Notes: generated by a model not told the origin, from the letters alone. DNA of 64,000 nucleotides from Azolla caroliniana (GCA_043228905.1 JBHGNT010000012.1:2976001-3040000); one strand, 5' to 3'; shown: positions 37,150 to 52,836, numbered from the stretch's first letter. A program made the numbers and translations.

Positions 37150-40100
37150 ATGGAGCTACCCATTATCGATCTAGAGCCGTATCTTCTTCGATCTGCTATC
37201 CATAAAGATGATGATAGAAATAGCGGTAATGGTGAGAATGGATCTGATGATTTCGGTGAGCTGTGTAGAAGAGTTTCTTCTTCTCTTAGAGATGTGGGTG
37301 CCCTCGTGGTTCGAGACCCTCGCTGTGCTGTGGAAGACAACGAGAAATTCTTGGACATGGTCGAGAAATTCTTCCAAATGTCTGATGAATTCAAGAAAGC
37401 CCAAGAACGCCCTCTCCTTCTCTACCAGGTGGTTCATTTTTTTCCCTCCATTCAGATTTTAGTACTATTCTGATCGCTCGCTATTTATTTGCTTTGTATT
37501 TTCCATATTTATTTGCTATTATTTGCCAAGTTTCTCTTAGTTTCTTGACCGAAGAAGCCATTTCCATTAGTCATTTGTTTGGGAAAATGACCTAAATATG
37601 CCCATATGTATTAGAAACTCAGAAATCATGTTTAGCTTATAGCTAAAATTGAGTTGCTTCTAATTTTCTTTTAAGCCCTGCCCAAAGGTCATTGCCAGGA
37701 GTCCTGATTTTCTAGTGGAAACTAGTTTTTCCTGTTGTTTTACCCTTTGTAGGCCTGCTCAAAAGGTCATTGCCAATAATTTTTTTTCCTGTTGTCTTTA
37801 ATTTATGCCTCTTCAAAGGCCATGCCCATTGGGTACTATTGTAATTAATTTTTATCAATTCAAAAAATAAGAATTTCTGTGTCTTGTTTTTCTTATTTAA
37901 ATATCTATGTAACGATTTCACTAACTTATGCAGCACTAGTGAAATCAGGTGACATATGCTACTTTTTCTGAGTGGAAAAATATAAATTTCTGTATTTTGT
38001 TTTGTTTGAATATTCATTTAACGATTTCCTTCATTTAAGTGGAACTAGAGTTGACTGTCATTAAATGACCTAGCTTTTTCTAGTGAAAATATGATCATTT
38101 TCGTTTTAGTATTTTCATGCTGTGATTTTTACTTATTCTTTCCCTCTCCTCCCTATTGCTCATATGAAAACATGGGAGGATGCTTTATGATTGTAAAGTG
38201 TGCCATACCTTTCTGCAGCCTACAATACTCCCTCTTTTCTTTTCGAATTTCTTTTTTTGTATGTAAAATGTGTTTTTCTGGTAGGTCGGTGTGACCCCAG
38301 CTGGAGTTGAACTCCCTCGCAGTGCTGTGGACAAGGATATTGAGAAGATTGTATCTCAGCTTCCTGAAGATTCTCGCCCCTCTATCCCCAGTGCACCTGA
38401 TCCAAAATGGCGCTACATGTGGCGAATTGGACCTCGACCTTCTCAAACAAAGTTCCAAGTAAGTCATTGCAAGATCACATGAATTATAATAATGTAAGTT
38501 TGTTGTTCAATCACCCGAATCTAGTAAATAATTGTAAAATCACCTGTAGCCTTTATAGCATGTAATTTGCGAAAAATAGAATAGTCTTGAATGAACTTCA
38601 TTGTTTTAAGATTTTATTGCATCATAATTCAACCTTAAATAAAGATGGAAACCGCTTTAGTACGGTCTCACAAATGAGCTTCTTATATGATTGCAGCTGT
38701 TGTGTTTTTAATGTGAAAAGGTAAGTTCAAATCATGTTTTTGTTTTTTGTTAAAAAGTTACCTTGTGTACTGTTCAAAACAAAGTTGAGTTTAGTGTCAT
38801 TTTCACTTTTGAATTTTGGAAATTACCTTTAAACTTTAAACATTAAGATAGAAATGCTTGCAAATTTTGTGAATTTATCGAAGAAACCTTCAACTTTTGA
38901 TATCCGTGAAAAATCGTTGAAACCTGAAATTATAAATGAAGGTTTTTAGTTTGTGGTATTTTTTCTCCAGCACTGTTGTACAAAAAGGAAAGCTTTGCAA
39001 AAATATAAATCTTCATTAAAAGGTTATCAAATGTATCCATGATAATTGTTGGATAGAGTTTGGGTAGTATTGGGATGGAACATAACAAGGAACTTAGAAA
39101 CATTTGAATTACTTTAAATGCTATAGAGGTTTGAATGGTTTCTTGATAATGGTTGTGGTGCTGGTATTTGCAGGAATTGAATGCTGAATCTGTAATTCCA
39201 GAAGGGTTTCCAGATTGGGTGGACACAATGAATGGTTGGGGTTCAAAGATGATTGCTGCTGTAGAGGTGGGTTCTTGATCTATTCCAAAGAGCTGCAAGC
39301 ATTTTTGCTCATTAATTATAGTGATGTAGTGGAGAGTGAGGTCATTAAATTTTGACCAATAAAAAATCTTTTTAGTTGAGATGTATATAAAAATTTCATC
39401 AAAGAAGTTTATATAGAGAAATATATAAATTTTACATGCTTAGATGAAGGCAAACTTTTTTATATTTACAATCATTAAGAAAATGCTATGCCACTTGAGC
39501 TCTGAATTTTGTGCTATTTATGAGATTAGGTTGTTGCAGAGATGGCAGCAATTGGATTTGGGCTGCATCCAGAGGCATTTACCTCATTAATGTTTCAGGT
39601 ATGATTACAATCTGGAGAAGTTTTCTTCAATAAGTAATAATTTCTGATAATATTTCTTTAGTGTACGCAAAAGAATGTGTATTTTTTTTTGCTGAAATCA
39701 GCTCTTGAAGGCAGGGGCCACATCTACTTGCACCTACTGGAACTAACCTTGAGAAGGATGGGAAAAAAGGAACAATATTGGCTGGGTACCATTATGATTT
39801 GAATTTTCTCACTATTCATGGAAGCTGTAGATATCCTGGTCTTTCCATTTGGACAAAAAGTGGGGAGAAACTAGAAGTAAAAGTACCCCCTGGCTATCTT
39901 CTGCTTCAGACTGGCAAGCAGGTTATTTACTGTACTTTTACTTACAATGTGTATATCGTTAGTTGGAAAATCTGTTCTTGGTTGTTTAAATCCATAGATA
40001 GATAATGAGCATGATGGTTCATGACACATGCACACAAACATTACTTGATATGATTAAGTAGATACTTAGCTTGGTGGTTCATAACATGGCTGGACTGCGT

Positions 40101-42215
40101 GGTAAGCTGAGTTTCTACTAGCAAATGGATGTTGGTTTAGGAAATGAACACATGACCTTCTGGTTTCTGCTGGACAACCTTACCAACTGTGCTGAACTGT
40201 TTCTCTCTGCGTTTAATGCATAATTGACGTTAACTCATCTTTTTGGAACTGAGATTTATGTTCTTCAAGGAGTTTACGAGTACCTGTTCAAAGTAAGGAA
40301 AATGCCTGAAAATCGCTTTCCCAAGCCTGCATGCTACATTAATGCCTACTTCAAACTATTTTCATCCAGCTGGGTCCAAGACACTGAAAATGCTTTGTAA
40401 AATGACATGTTGAAAAGTATCTGGATGAGCACATAGAGTTAAAGAAATTAAAAGAAAAGAAAAGAAAGGGACAGGAGACCATGATTCCAAGTTTTATTTT
40501 ACTCAGCCACATTGAATTTTACTATACATTCTATAAGATGCCTATGGATGTAACTTTTGGTGTCATAGGTCACTTGGGCCTTTAGAAGATGGTTAACATT
40601 CTTTTCATTTCTCTCGCTGTCGCTTTCACACATTACACTCGCTCACTTGCAGACACGTGCCCAACATATTTTGGTGTTATGGAGGTATACAGACACATAG
40701 ATGTTCCAGATTTCTAGGTTGGGAGCTTCTTGACCAACAATGGATTCCATGTTTTCAGTTTGAGTGGCTTACAGGAGGCGCATGTACTGCAGGGATGCAT
40801 GAAGTGGTGGTAACAGAGCAAACAGTAGATGCAATTCAATCAGCAGTGCAAAATGCACGGTGCCTTTGGAGAGTCTCATCAACAGTAAGTTAATGGTTAA
40901 AAATAATAATATTTTTTAACATTGATCTACCATTTTTTGATTGTGTGTCCAGTAAACTAACAGTGTACATTAGTTTGGATGAATCCCTGGGTTACCTCCT
41001 TAGACATCCTGATGGACTCCGTGGAAGGTTGAATGATTCCATTTGTTTCGAGAATCCATAATGTACGATCCTAGATATCCAAAATGGTGTTGCAGTGTTT
41101 GTCCAAATTAAAGGTTGGACGGACCTAGACAAGGCCGCGAAAGAGCAAGAACCCAAGAGGACTGATCATTCCATGGTCCAAATGAAGGCTCCGGCCATGC
41201 CTTCACCACCCAAAGTTTCCATACACCATTTCAGAAACTTTTCTATGCATACATGTTGCATCTTTTTTATTTGAAGTCTTGAAAGTCAAGTAGAGAAGTC
41301 GTAAAAGGTGTATATAAAGACATGCTCTATCAGTAGGAATTGGAAGTTTTTTAGCTGATACATACAGGGCGTTGACTTGTCTTAGGTGCGATCTCTTGTT
41401 TGGGAATGCATGATAATATGCTCATCACGCTGTTAATTGGAGGATTTGATCATTCCAATTAATAAAAGCAAATAACCTCTACTATATATGTCTTGGAAAA
41501 TGTATTCCGAAGGGCTTAATTCTATGGACCGGGTAATGTAAACAAAGAAAGGCTTGGCTCCTTTTAGTCACCTTATCTGTGGACCGGGTAATGTACACAC
41601 AAAGTATTTAGCTTCTAGAGGCCATTATCCAGGCTGGATCCCATAGGTCTGTGGCTTGGACCCTTGCAGATATCAGTGCTCAGACTCCCTTTTTCTATAT
41701 ATTTTGAGAAAGAGAGAAGATTCATCACTCTGTGAAGGCTTTCTTAGGTGAATTTATTGGTAGTAATTAATTTATATATCATGTAAGATCAACTGAGCCT
41801 GGAGTGATGGGATCCGAAAAACCAACCTATAGAGATAGACCCAAGATCTGACTTGACTGGCTGTTCTGAAACAAATAGGTACAGAAAATCTAATTTGGTA
41901 ATGTTTTCAATGGAAATCCAACTAGATAATGACGAATATTAGTTTGAAACAAATGATTTGTTGCTCTTTGTGTATGTTTCTCTGATAAGGGTTTTTTGCA
42001 CATCATGATGTTTTCATATAAAAATTTCCCAGGTGTTTGGGCATATTGCATCGGATGCTATTCTTCAACCATTGGGTCATTTTGCAAATGAGCCAGATGC
42101 TCATAAATACCCTGCCATTTGTGCGGGAGACTATGTAAAGTCAGAGCTTTCTGTAATCAAACTGAAATGGAGAGAGAAGTCACTGCAGGGCGGGGGTTCG
42201 CATTTGAGTGCGTGA
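37150..42215 (+). CDS. 2-oxoglutarate/Fe(II)-dependent oxygenase superfamily protein (At5g48020-like), 7 exons
   Basis: Exons 37150-37428, 38285-38458, 39174-39266, 39530-39598, 39715-39921, 40759-40884, 42033-42215; MELPIIDL start, HYD...GMHEV iron ligands, RVS 2OG-binding motif. Confidence 0.9.
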
Positions 42216-44469
42216 TCCAATTAATTGGCATGTTTGTATGAATCCTTATCAATTTGATAATTCTTTAGATTGATATTTTTCTTTTGATGACAAATCCATC
42301 ATGAGCAAAATCATCTTGGCATTATCTTATTCGATGACAATCCATCATGCAAAATAATCCTTGCTTGATCTATATTGGACTTAAACAATCATCATCACTT
42401 ACTAAAAGTCAATACCTTCATTGGATGAAGCATTGAGCAAAACTTTCTATCAAAGCTCATATTTTATTTACTGTTTGTGGATTTTATTCTCTTACTGATG
42501 TGAACAAAATATAACTCTTTGTTGATGTCAGTGTATTTTCCTTGGGAATTTCTTAGGTATTGATTGTCTAGGGTCTAATGCATATTTAAAAAGTTGTTTT
42601 TTGCTATCTTCTCGTGATCATTTTGGGCCTTGTGGCTTAAAAAAGTCTTTAAGAACATAATATTGATTTTGCTACACCAAGAAATCAATATTGGTTAAGC
42701 ACCATGTGGCAAGGAAATTTAAATACTGATTAAGAACATAATCTTGATTAAGAAAATAATTGATTTAGGGTTTAGGGTTTAGAAACCTAATCATATCTAT
42801 TTCCTATTGATTTATTTCCAATAGTGATTAAGAACATAATTTGATTTTGCTTTTGATTTAGCTCATGTGGCAAGAAAATAGAAAATGATTAAGAATTTAA
42901 ATACATCCATGCCAGTGTCTCTATGACAATCTTTTGCATTTACAAAAGGAAATGTATTCAATTTTGTAGATTCTCATGTACCACTTTTGGGCTATTTCTT
43001 GTTTACACTTCTTAACACAAAAAGCACGTTTGTTAGTTAGTTGCGATGGTTATAAGACTATTTTAATCTTATCGTTTTGCCATTAATTATGATCTATGGA
43101 TGACATTGAGGGTGATGAATGGCGATGCCTTCTTTCGTTGATTTTGTGCGCTCTCAATATGCTCGTAGCATATCCTTTGTTGCATGTGCTCCATATGAGT
43201 TGGCTCGGCATTATGCATCAAGTTTCTCATTTTTCTTTGTTGTTTCTATGAGTGGTCTTGAAGTGGGCTTGGATTTTCATGGACTTGGTCATGTCTTTGG
43301 CTTCCCATAAGCAGTTGTAGAGGTCCTTAAAGAAAGCCTTGTGCAAATATAGGTAGCTTGGACCAATTACAAAATCCTTGCTTTGTGTGTCATGGCAACA
43401 ATGTGATTTTTAATTGCATCTACTTTTTGTGGGGTCGAGTGAGGGCATCAATTGTTGGTTGGGGCAGACATGGCAGTTGATGGTAGTTGAGACCAGGTAG
43501 GAGTTGTGGTGATGAGCAATAGAGATGTGGGCAATGGGGATGGCCAACAAGGGCACTTTCTCGAGACCTCTCATTGCTCGGGTGGCCAGGTGTCCGACTT
43601 CAATTTAGTATAGAGGGGTCTAGTTTGTCCTCATTGTCATTTTTCATCAACTTAATGTTCATATGGTGCGTGGCTTGCGTTAGCTTGTTGGCCAATTACT
43701 AGATGAGGTTGAGCATTATGCCTCTTCGAATAATCTCCACTATTTCGAGGGTGACAAGGAAGATAAGTGCCACTTGTTTTTTTAAATATATCTATATACT
43801 CTTTGTAGCGCCAATATCTCGATATGTCAAACACTTGTTTCCAAGAGCATAAATTGATAGGAAGGTGCCGATGGTTGCTACCATGTCACTTGGTGATAAC
43901 ATATAACTATTAACAACAATAGTAGTGGGGTTAATGGGAGGTGGAATCATGGTTGTCCTTGACTCGCTCCATCGAGGTGGCCTTTCTTGATGGTGGGCTA
44001 GTTAGAGATTGTGAGACATCACTTCTTAATGATGAAGTAAATGTCCATTCAATATAACCATGGAAGCTTCAAAAGATTCATAAGTTAATACGAAATTAAT
44101 ATAACCCTAATCTACAAACTAATTAAGAAATATGTGTCTTAATTCAGTAGGTAATTACTATATAAGAAACATACTAGATGTCCCAATTAAATAGACAATT
44201 CTAAGTAAAAACATCCATCTATTGATTTATCAGTATAAGTATATCGAGGAAAATGGCTCTTAGTGAATGCAAAGGGGGATAGAATGAGAGCCAAAAGGAA
44301 ACCACAACTTGGGGCACCCAATGACCTTTTTGGCATGAGAGTTCTTGCCCTTTTATATGTATAAGTTGGAAATCCTAAAGGGTCCCTCTCACACTACAAC
44401 CCATAGGCACTTAGTCATTCCTTCTTAATAAAGGGTAAATCTCCATAAATCATAATACAATTGTTTTTA

Positions 44470-44920
44470 ATGACATGGTCAGAGGCCATGTGAAATAAGG
44501 TTGCTTAGGTGTTGGTTTTATAGCTCATGTTATATGTCCATAATGCCAAATGGGCTTCGTTAATGATTGTCTGCAATATTTGCTAAATCTTTTGTTTGAT
44601 CAATTTGGCTAATTCATTGACTTGTGGATAATACATAATACTCAATTTGCGGACCATGTAATAATGCTCAGTGAGTTTCCGGATCATGTGATTGAGGTAA
44701 TGGGTGCCTTGATTTTTTGAGGAGCTCAATTGGGCAATCAAATCAACACCAAACCTATTCATACAAAAAGTGCACAACTTAGGCAACCATAATGTCATAC
44801 GCCGCCTTCGTCTCCACCCACTAATAGTTAGTTGCTACAAGAATGACAATTGGTGCAACTTGCGGTTTGGGTGAAGGGTTTAACAAAATCCAAGCCTTTC
44901 TCAATGTGATTTGTGGGTTG
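44470..44920 (-). pseudogene. Decayed Athila-like Ty3/gypsy integrase fragment
   Basis: GLDFVKPF, ILVATNY, NQGTHYLN and YYPQVNELA fragments. Confidence 0.7.
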
Positions 44921-47900
44921 TAATGGGCATATGATCAGAAGTGTAAATAAACTTTGGTTAAGAATTAGGCATAGGGGTAACACTTGGGGTAACACTCACT
45001 TTGTTCATGGTGCTTAGATGCACATACATAATATTATTTTATTGTAATCAATGAACTCAAGCATTGGTACCATACTTGGTGTCTTAGGATGCTCTCTAAT
45101 TTAGTACCACATTTAATATTGAAGGAAAGGCTCTCTAAGATTATATAAAACATGGCAATGACATATAGTGTGTAATGCAAACACACTTAGGATCGTAATA
45201 ATTGGGAAAGATTCTCTAATTTAGCGTGAAATTCAGTAATAAGCATTTAGTTTGAACTTCAAAAAATATCATAATCTGCGCGAAAGATTCTCAAACATGG
45301 AACAAATAGAAACTTGGCGAAATAGAACATACATGGGAAACAAGGAAAACAGAAAACATTAGATTAGAACAATTAAGTTGGACTAGAACACGTTACACTA
45401 TAAGGCCTATTTTTAGGAAATACATAATAATTCACTCCCCATTGATGAATGTTCCATTTTTTTTTAACTTCTTGTTGGAGATTCCAACATAATAGAGGAT
45501 CAAAGCAATAGATATACAGAGTAACGTCAACTTTTCATATTTGATGACAAAATAGTATAAGTCATCCACAAAGATCATCAAGTCATCATTTCATATCATT
45601 TGGGAAATAATACTTTTTGCCTAGAAAGAGCATATTAAGGAGGTATAGAGCTCCACCAATACAAATAAAATGTTTTCCTAAAACTCTTTTTTTAGTTAGC
45701 TGGGACAAGTGATGTATACAAACAAAAAATTGAGCCAAAGCTCACAATGGCCTTATTGTAACAAAATGCACATACATGTTTCGAGCATATCATTATATTA
45801 TTGTGGTGATTTAGAAGACCCCAAGATATGTGCTTGAACTTGCGTGACTCTTCACTATCTTTTTTATCACAAACCATATTTAGTTTAGGTACAATTGAAT
45901 ACTTTTAATTAGATAATTGGGATATCATGTATAAATCAAACATGTCATGCTATGCCAACTAATTGGACATTATTTAGGATATGGATTGGGATGTAAATAG
46001 ATTTGTGTATTGGCAAGTTGCTTCAAAGATGTTGAGAATTTTTGGCTATTACCATGACTAGGGTTTTTGGAAGATTTGCCGGTTTCACAATAATAAGGAA
46101 ATTTAAATACCAATCACCAAAAGAATCTAAAAGATTAGTTTGAATTTCAATATATTTAGGGATTTCCAACCTAGAAGTTTGCTAGCAACATAAAACATTT
46201 ATCCTAGAGATCAATATAATGCATAAGAAGAGTCTCCAACAAGTGGAACGATTTTCCGCTAGGTCATATAGATACGTGAAAGAAAAGCAAGTTCATTGCA
46301 TGAAGTATGGGGATGTATATAATTTGTTACTTTCAATGTGGCTAACAAAGACTTTCTTAATGGTCCAATGAATTTTCAAAAACTTTGAGATCGTTGACCA
46401 CCCCATGAAGAAGTTATCACAACAATATTATGAACCCTTTCCAAATGTTAATAAAGCAGATCATAGGTGTGGTCTACATACTAAACTACCATCTCCATGT
46501 AGTGTTTCTCATGGTTTCAGGCACATCAATTGAAGAAACAACTTGAAACAAATGGCAATAGATAAGTTCACCAAACTTGCTCGGTATACTAGTTTAATGA
46601 ATCCCATGCTAGTTTAAGAGATTCAGATATTTGCTACTTATGCATATGCACAATAAATTTGGGAAAATTCTTTAAGAAGCTAAGACTAATTGTATGTGAG
46701 AATAAACTAAGAAATATTTGTGCATTCTATTTGTAGAATAGGTCCATATCCAACATTGAAAGGGGATATAACTATCTTATCTCCATAGAACATGCAAGGG
46801 TATTGTTGTATTATGTATATGTGTATGCAATGCATTGTTATAACTATAAACATGGCCTTCCACCTAACATGCCGCCATATGAGACACTCAAATAGGTTGT
46901 GCCCCTTACCCTTGATAGCAAAAATGCCACTTAGTACAATGTCTTCTCAACAGTACCATAAAGACAATTACCTTTTGGTGCCATTTCTTCCCAAATAGTG
47001 TAATGTACACTAGACTAGTTCATCTTATTGCATGTGCTTACAAAAAGTTGGTTTCCAAGCACATAACATTAGCTTAATATTCTCAACAACTTTAGCATTT
47101 CATTTCACACTTCCAAGCAACTAGAAAACTTAATTTGTCTTTTTTCTCCTATAATCTCCACAGTCAACCAACAATAAGAAGAGATGTTCCCTGGAGTGGA
47201 TTTCATTGGTTGTTCATATCCAAGTGATTAATGATACAAGCTTATATATATCCACATTATGATATTAATTTGACTTGTAATTTGCTTTTTCTCCTACAAT
47301 ATGCATTGACAATTAGAGCAACAAGCTCACAAGTATTGTATAGTTAATGAATGTTGTAACTTTTATGATATTTTCCTTAGTGGATTTTGTTGATAATTTA
47401 TGTGTCAATCAATGGTGCATGGTCACATATAGATCTACAAATATGAAATGGTGTCATCCCATGTCCTTTGGGAGCCGACCACAATTTCCTTCACTCCAAA
47501 GTGCTTAATCAAACATTTTAGACGCATCATACATTTTTAAGAATGTAATACTACCAAGATCATGTTACTTCCTAACAATACATGTATGCTTAGTCCCTTT
47601 CCCTCAAGTACAATAATCTTTCGTTGAATACATACATTTTACATGTGTTGGATGGGTTTACTATATATATAAGGAAACCAATGAAAATCTTTAATTCTAT
47701 TCTTGATTTTAAGAAGTTATAATTCTATTAAAATGTTGAACACATCCCTTGTTGTAGAGTGTATCGCTAACTAGGTAGATTATTGGTATAACAATTGTTT
47801 AAAATGGGGCCAAAGACGACGAATTTATTATATAATTTTTGTTATTTTCCATCCTTTCCAAGCAACTTACACATGTCGACTTTCGAAATGGATTCATGAG

Positions 47901-49875
47901 ACGCCTACATCACAAAAAACCATTTTATTACTGAAAATGGTTTGCAATTCGAATTCTCTCAAGAATTACGTTAAGGTGAGGCTTATTTAAGCTATGGACC
48001 AAAGCTAAGCACGAGCTTCTTGCAAGTCGTATCTTTTCATATGGGGCACACTTGTTTTTAATCGAAACAAGCGAAGCAACAAAAACTTTTTATCTTGGAT
48101 CACACAATATGATTTCATTGTTTGTTCATTGTTATGGACATTACAGAGCACTTCGATTTTAATAGTCAAAGTAGTGCAATGAGGTAACTTCCATGCGGAT
48201 GCATGAAGCTTTATTCGTTCACCTTTTCTCTTTGTCGCATTTCTCTGTAACTTTTTGTTGCACTTTTGTCACATACATGTAATGCTACATCTTTTGCAAT
48301 TCTTTTTATTTCTTTCTCATGATTTAATCAAGGCATAATATTTCTCCTTTTTAAGTAATTGATTCCATACTTTGTATTGTCTTTGATTATTTACATTAAC
48401 TAGTTAGTTACATATTAATCTTGCTTATAACATACTACATTGCTATTTTTTCTTAACAATATCACGATAGCCCTTCACTCAAAGGACTGACAAATGCTAG
48501 AATAAAATCGAGACATGGTGATTTGTTTTTCCTTGACATGTCTTACAAACAAGAGATCCAGTAAGATTAGCTCAACTGAGGCATGCATATCACAACATCA
48601 TGTCACTCTATACATGTTTACATATTTCCTTCGCAAATGCCTCTTCTTGGAAAGATTTGAGAACAAGTACTTTCAAATGAAAGCTTTGTTGTGTCGATAA
48701 TATCTCCGCTCTCTTGCGATTGATTTTCTTGTACATTTAATATTTCCTTGTAGATTATATTGATAACACAAGATTTGTGATCTTTTTTAATTCCTCGTTA
48801 TCTGGGGTTCATGTATCTTGAATGAGGTGAAAGCATCATAAATTTGATGCCCGACATGGTGTTTGAACTTAGTGGTTAGTGAAAATGAACCACAACCACA
48901 AAGGGTTTATCTCCACACACCTAATTCTCGAAAACACGAAAAACAAATTTCACATGTTTTTAATCGGAAGTACGATATTGTTATTTTTGTGAACATGTTT
49001 CTCATCCCCCAAAAATAACGCTATTTGTAGGTTATCATTATTATATTCATTATTATGGACACAAGATGAAAGTTACTACATTCTTTGGCGACACACACCT
49101 TATTGTGAGACTACACGACTAGACCTTGGGCTTTCCCATTGCTAGAAATTTTAAGCAATTTACGGGGCATGGCTTCATACAAGCTTGAAAGACAACACAA
49201 ACAAATGAGAGCCAAATTATTGTATTGAAACTGTTCCAATGAATAATAGATCTTAGCTGACACTCCAACTTGTTAGTCATTAGCGTAATTTTGCAAAGTA
49301 AGATTCTCCTCAAAATACAACATTATGAATTCAACATTCACAAGTAAATGGGTTGAAAGCTTTGGATTGGCTTTGTCTTGCGACATTGATAAATATGCAG
49401 CTAATCAATACAATCCTAAAGATGCACTCAATCAATTTGATAATCTTATATAATGAGAATGAGTGATACTTTGATTCCATTCAACAAACATATAATGCTT
49501 ATGTAAGGATATCGCCAGCCTTTAGAGAGCATAACCAACTAATCCTTGAAGTCAAATCAAAGGAATTACTAGTGAACTAAGTGTTGTGGCCTATTATCAA
49601 AAATTTTTGGATGGTTTGTGTCAATTTAAGATCTATGCATCACAAAGGGGAAATGTTCAAAGTTTGGTATCTATGTTCTTTGGCGGACAACATAGAAAAT
49701 TTGTGTACCGTGGTAATTAAACCAAGTGAATAGAAACTTGAGTGTCTTGACATATGTTGGTTCGCAAATCATGAGAGGGTTATTGGACCATTTAGACACA
49801 ATTTGGATGCATGTTGATAGTACTTGTCCGAAATTTTGATTCTTGTAATCTCTAAGATGACAAACACAAACACTT

Positions 49876-50239
49876 TTGTCGTCTTGGCAACATTGCATTA
49901 TAACATTAGTGCCAAACCCACATAACTAGAATATTTATAACGTGTCGGCTTTTTGATGTACAAATGCCCATCAATCTCATGAGGGATGAGACAAATACAC
50001 TCACACGTCATGTGTGCAAGTGCATACACAATGTAACTAGGAGTATTACCTTTAAAATGTTTCACAAGTTAATTAACATGTGGGTTTGAGTTTGAGCTAC
50101 CTCTTGCATTGATTTAGTGTTTGTCTCATCTCTCATGAGATTGATGGGCATTTGTACACCAAAAAGCCGACACATTATAAATATTCTAGTTATGTGGGTT
50201 TAGCACCGATGCTATAATGCATTGTTGCCAAGACGACAA
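49876..50239. mobile_element. Fold-back/MITE-like element with ~125-bp inverted arms
   Basis: 49876-50001 is the reverse complement of 50116-50239 with few mismatches; ~115-bp spacer. Confidence 0.75.
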
Positions 50240-52275
50240 TAAGATGATGTTGTTTCATTTGAAGTATTGTGACTTGGCATTTGTATAACCAATTAAATAA
50301 ATATTAAATGAAACGGGTGTACCAATGAGGTAGTTGTCGGTAAAGGGATTCAACCATACCCACTCTAAACACTGAAATGCTACTATTTTTACTATGATTG
50401 ATACTAAATATTGTCATGGTAACGTGCAAAATAATTAGGTGGTGTGATGTAGTAGATGTAGATAATATCATTGTATCAATAGATGCCCAATGCCACATGT
50501 GGATGAGGATTATATTTAAATCAATCACACTTTGGTTGAGCTTAATGGATGCTCATATGAGCAAAATGGAATATGTTGAGATAATAAAATTCGATGGACA
50601 TTATCCCCTCACTAACTAGACCTCAAAGAAAGATACAATGAAATGAAAAGGCGTTCATCTTTCAATTTTTGGTTCTCCAATGAAGCCGTGACATTTGTGT
50701 TTGTCAAGAGGATTTTCAACAAACAAACATCGTCTCCAAAACCACAGAGGATGATCTCACATGGGAAGCACCTTCCTTTCCAGAAATGTGTCTGAAAACA
50801 AACAATCTAGGCATTGTTGATTCTCTCCTCAAAGGAACCCAAACACTAAGTTGCTCACAAAGAGAATACCTCCTTTTCAAAAGATAGACGTGAAATCAAC
50901 AACCAAGGCATCAATCTATGGTCAACAAGGATATTTCATGAGTCAAATGAACGTAGAGCTTGATCACATTTGTGACTCTATTATCTGAACGATCCATCAC
51001 TAATGAGAGATTAGCTCGGGGAATTCCCACCCGTGCACAAGGTTTTGATATACATCACCTCTCTTTTGCATTTGCCATTCACAATAACAACTGTAAATTA
51101 TTTGTGCACATCTGTTGTTTTTGACTATTATGATCCCGAATTTTTCCTCATGTGTACAAGTCATGGTGTCTTAATGTACTTTGCTTTATCATCTTGCACA
51201 AAATCATGTTCATGAATTTCATGGTCACCAGTTGGATCCATGTGGATTCCTTCTTGTGCAATATATATTGGCACATATATTATTTTGTGTTGGGAAGTCC
51301 TAATGTCCTAACCCTTGAAGATTCCACGATTAAAACCTTAATGTTTGTGGAGAAGGCTTTTAACCCTTACTTGAGCTCTTAAAAAAAAAAACCCTTGAAA
51401 TTCCTTGGCACTTAAAATATGGTGTACCGTGTGCAAAGCGCATGTGAGTCTTGTCCATTATTTCTCTTGGTTTATTCCAATCATGTCCATGAAGGTATCT
51501 CTTTGACGTTCCACTAAGCATTCTGAAAGAGAAATAGTGTTCGATATTAGATTGCATTCCAACACACCGTAAAAGTTGGACATACATGAGAAAAAAAGGG
51601 ATTAAAACTCGAAAGTTTCACTTTTCACCTAAACAATGGGAGAATTTCGATTGATTGAATGCACTTAAAATCATTTATCGGCACAAAATCGAAATCCTAA
51701 GTTTTCATGAGCTGAGTAGCTTTGGAGAGAATAAAAACAATGCGAAAATTATGAAATCATCAAAGCAAAGCGTGATAGGAATCATGTTTGGTAGATTTCA
51801 AAGTTTGAACGTTAATGGTATGAACAAAACACGGGCGGGGTGCACAAAGCGGATGGCTTAGGTAAATCGAGACACGAGTGTGTGGCAAACTGATGCAGAG
51901 CCAATGTTTGGAAATTGTAAAGCAGAAAGAGGCTCTTGGATATATCGAGTTAATACGAACCTCATTGGGACAAAGCGATATTTACCGAATAATTTCAGGC
52001 GTGACACAAATGCCATGCATATAGAGTAGATCTAGCGATATTAAGGTGCACCAGTATATAATAAGAGCGAGGAAACGAGAGCCTTGACACGAGCAAAACG
52101 GGTTGGGATAAGAACCTTTAACTCCCGTTGTCCGGAGCAGAGCAGAGTAGAGGCCGGGCAACCGAGCGGACCCATTCAGGTGTGGTTGTCTGCGTGGGTG
52201 GGCGCCCAGGAAACCATGCGTTGGCCATTGCTCAAGATGGCCTGGTCTCATGCACATGGATTCAATTCTAGTTCT

Positions 52276-52449
52276 ACATACATACATACATACATACATA
52301 CATACATACATACATACATACATACCTACATACATACATACATACATACATACATACATTACATGACATACATACATTACATGACATACATACATATACA
52401 TACACACATACATATTGGACACATACCATATAAATAACACTCTTCTTGT

Positions 52450-52492
<43 letters not shown>

Positions 52493-52593
52493 TGCCCACA
52501 ACCCATTTTCTTCTTCTTCTTCTTCATCATCATCATCATCTTCTTCTGATTTGTCTTCGTCATGAAGCCACATTAGTTCTCTCTCTCTCTCTC
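52276..52593. repeat. Microsatellite cluster, (TACA)n, (GA)n, (TTC/TCA)n and (CT)n, upstream of kinesin B
   Basis: Direct inspection. Confidence 0.9.
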
Positions 52594-52836
52594 TGATTAA
52601 TGCATTTCATTTCTTGTATTCCATATACCTACATTCCTCTCTGTGTTTCAGCATCCTTGAGCAAATTCATTCACTAATCACCCTATCTGTCTGTGTCTAT
52701 CTAACCTATATGTATATGTATATATTTGATTAATTCTTCAGGCCCTTAAACCTAGATATAAATTTGTATATCTCTGTATATGTAGTGTGTGTGTGTGTGT
52801 GTGTTTGTATAATTAAGTATCAGCACTATTTATATA

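Noticed and set aside
40250-40720. LINE remnant in an oxygenase intron (KMPENRFPK-like)
   Set aside because: A single short motif; too degraded to call.
42764-42782. TTTAGGG telomere-like repeat
   Set aside because: Fewer than three units; common interstitial motif.
45000-49800. Possible decayed DNA-transposon coding remnants
   Set aside because: No motif, TIR or long ORF could be supported by eye.
51982-52573. YVCM-repeat ORFs
   Set aside because: Translations of the (TACA)n and (GA)n microsatellites.
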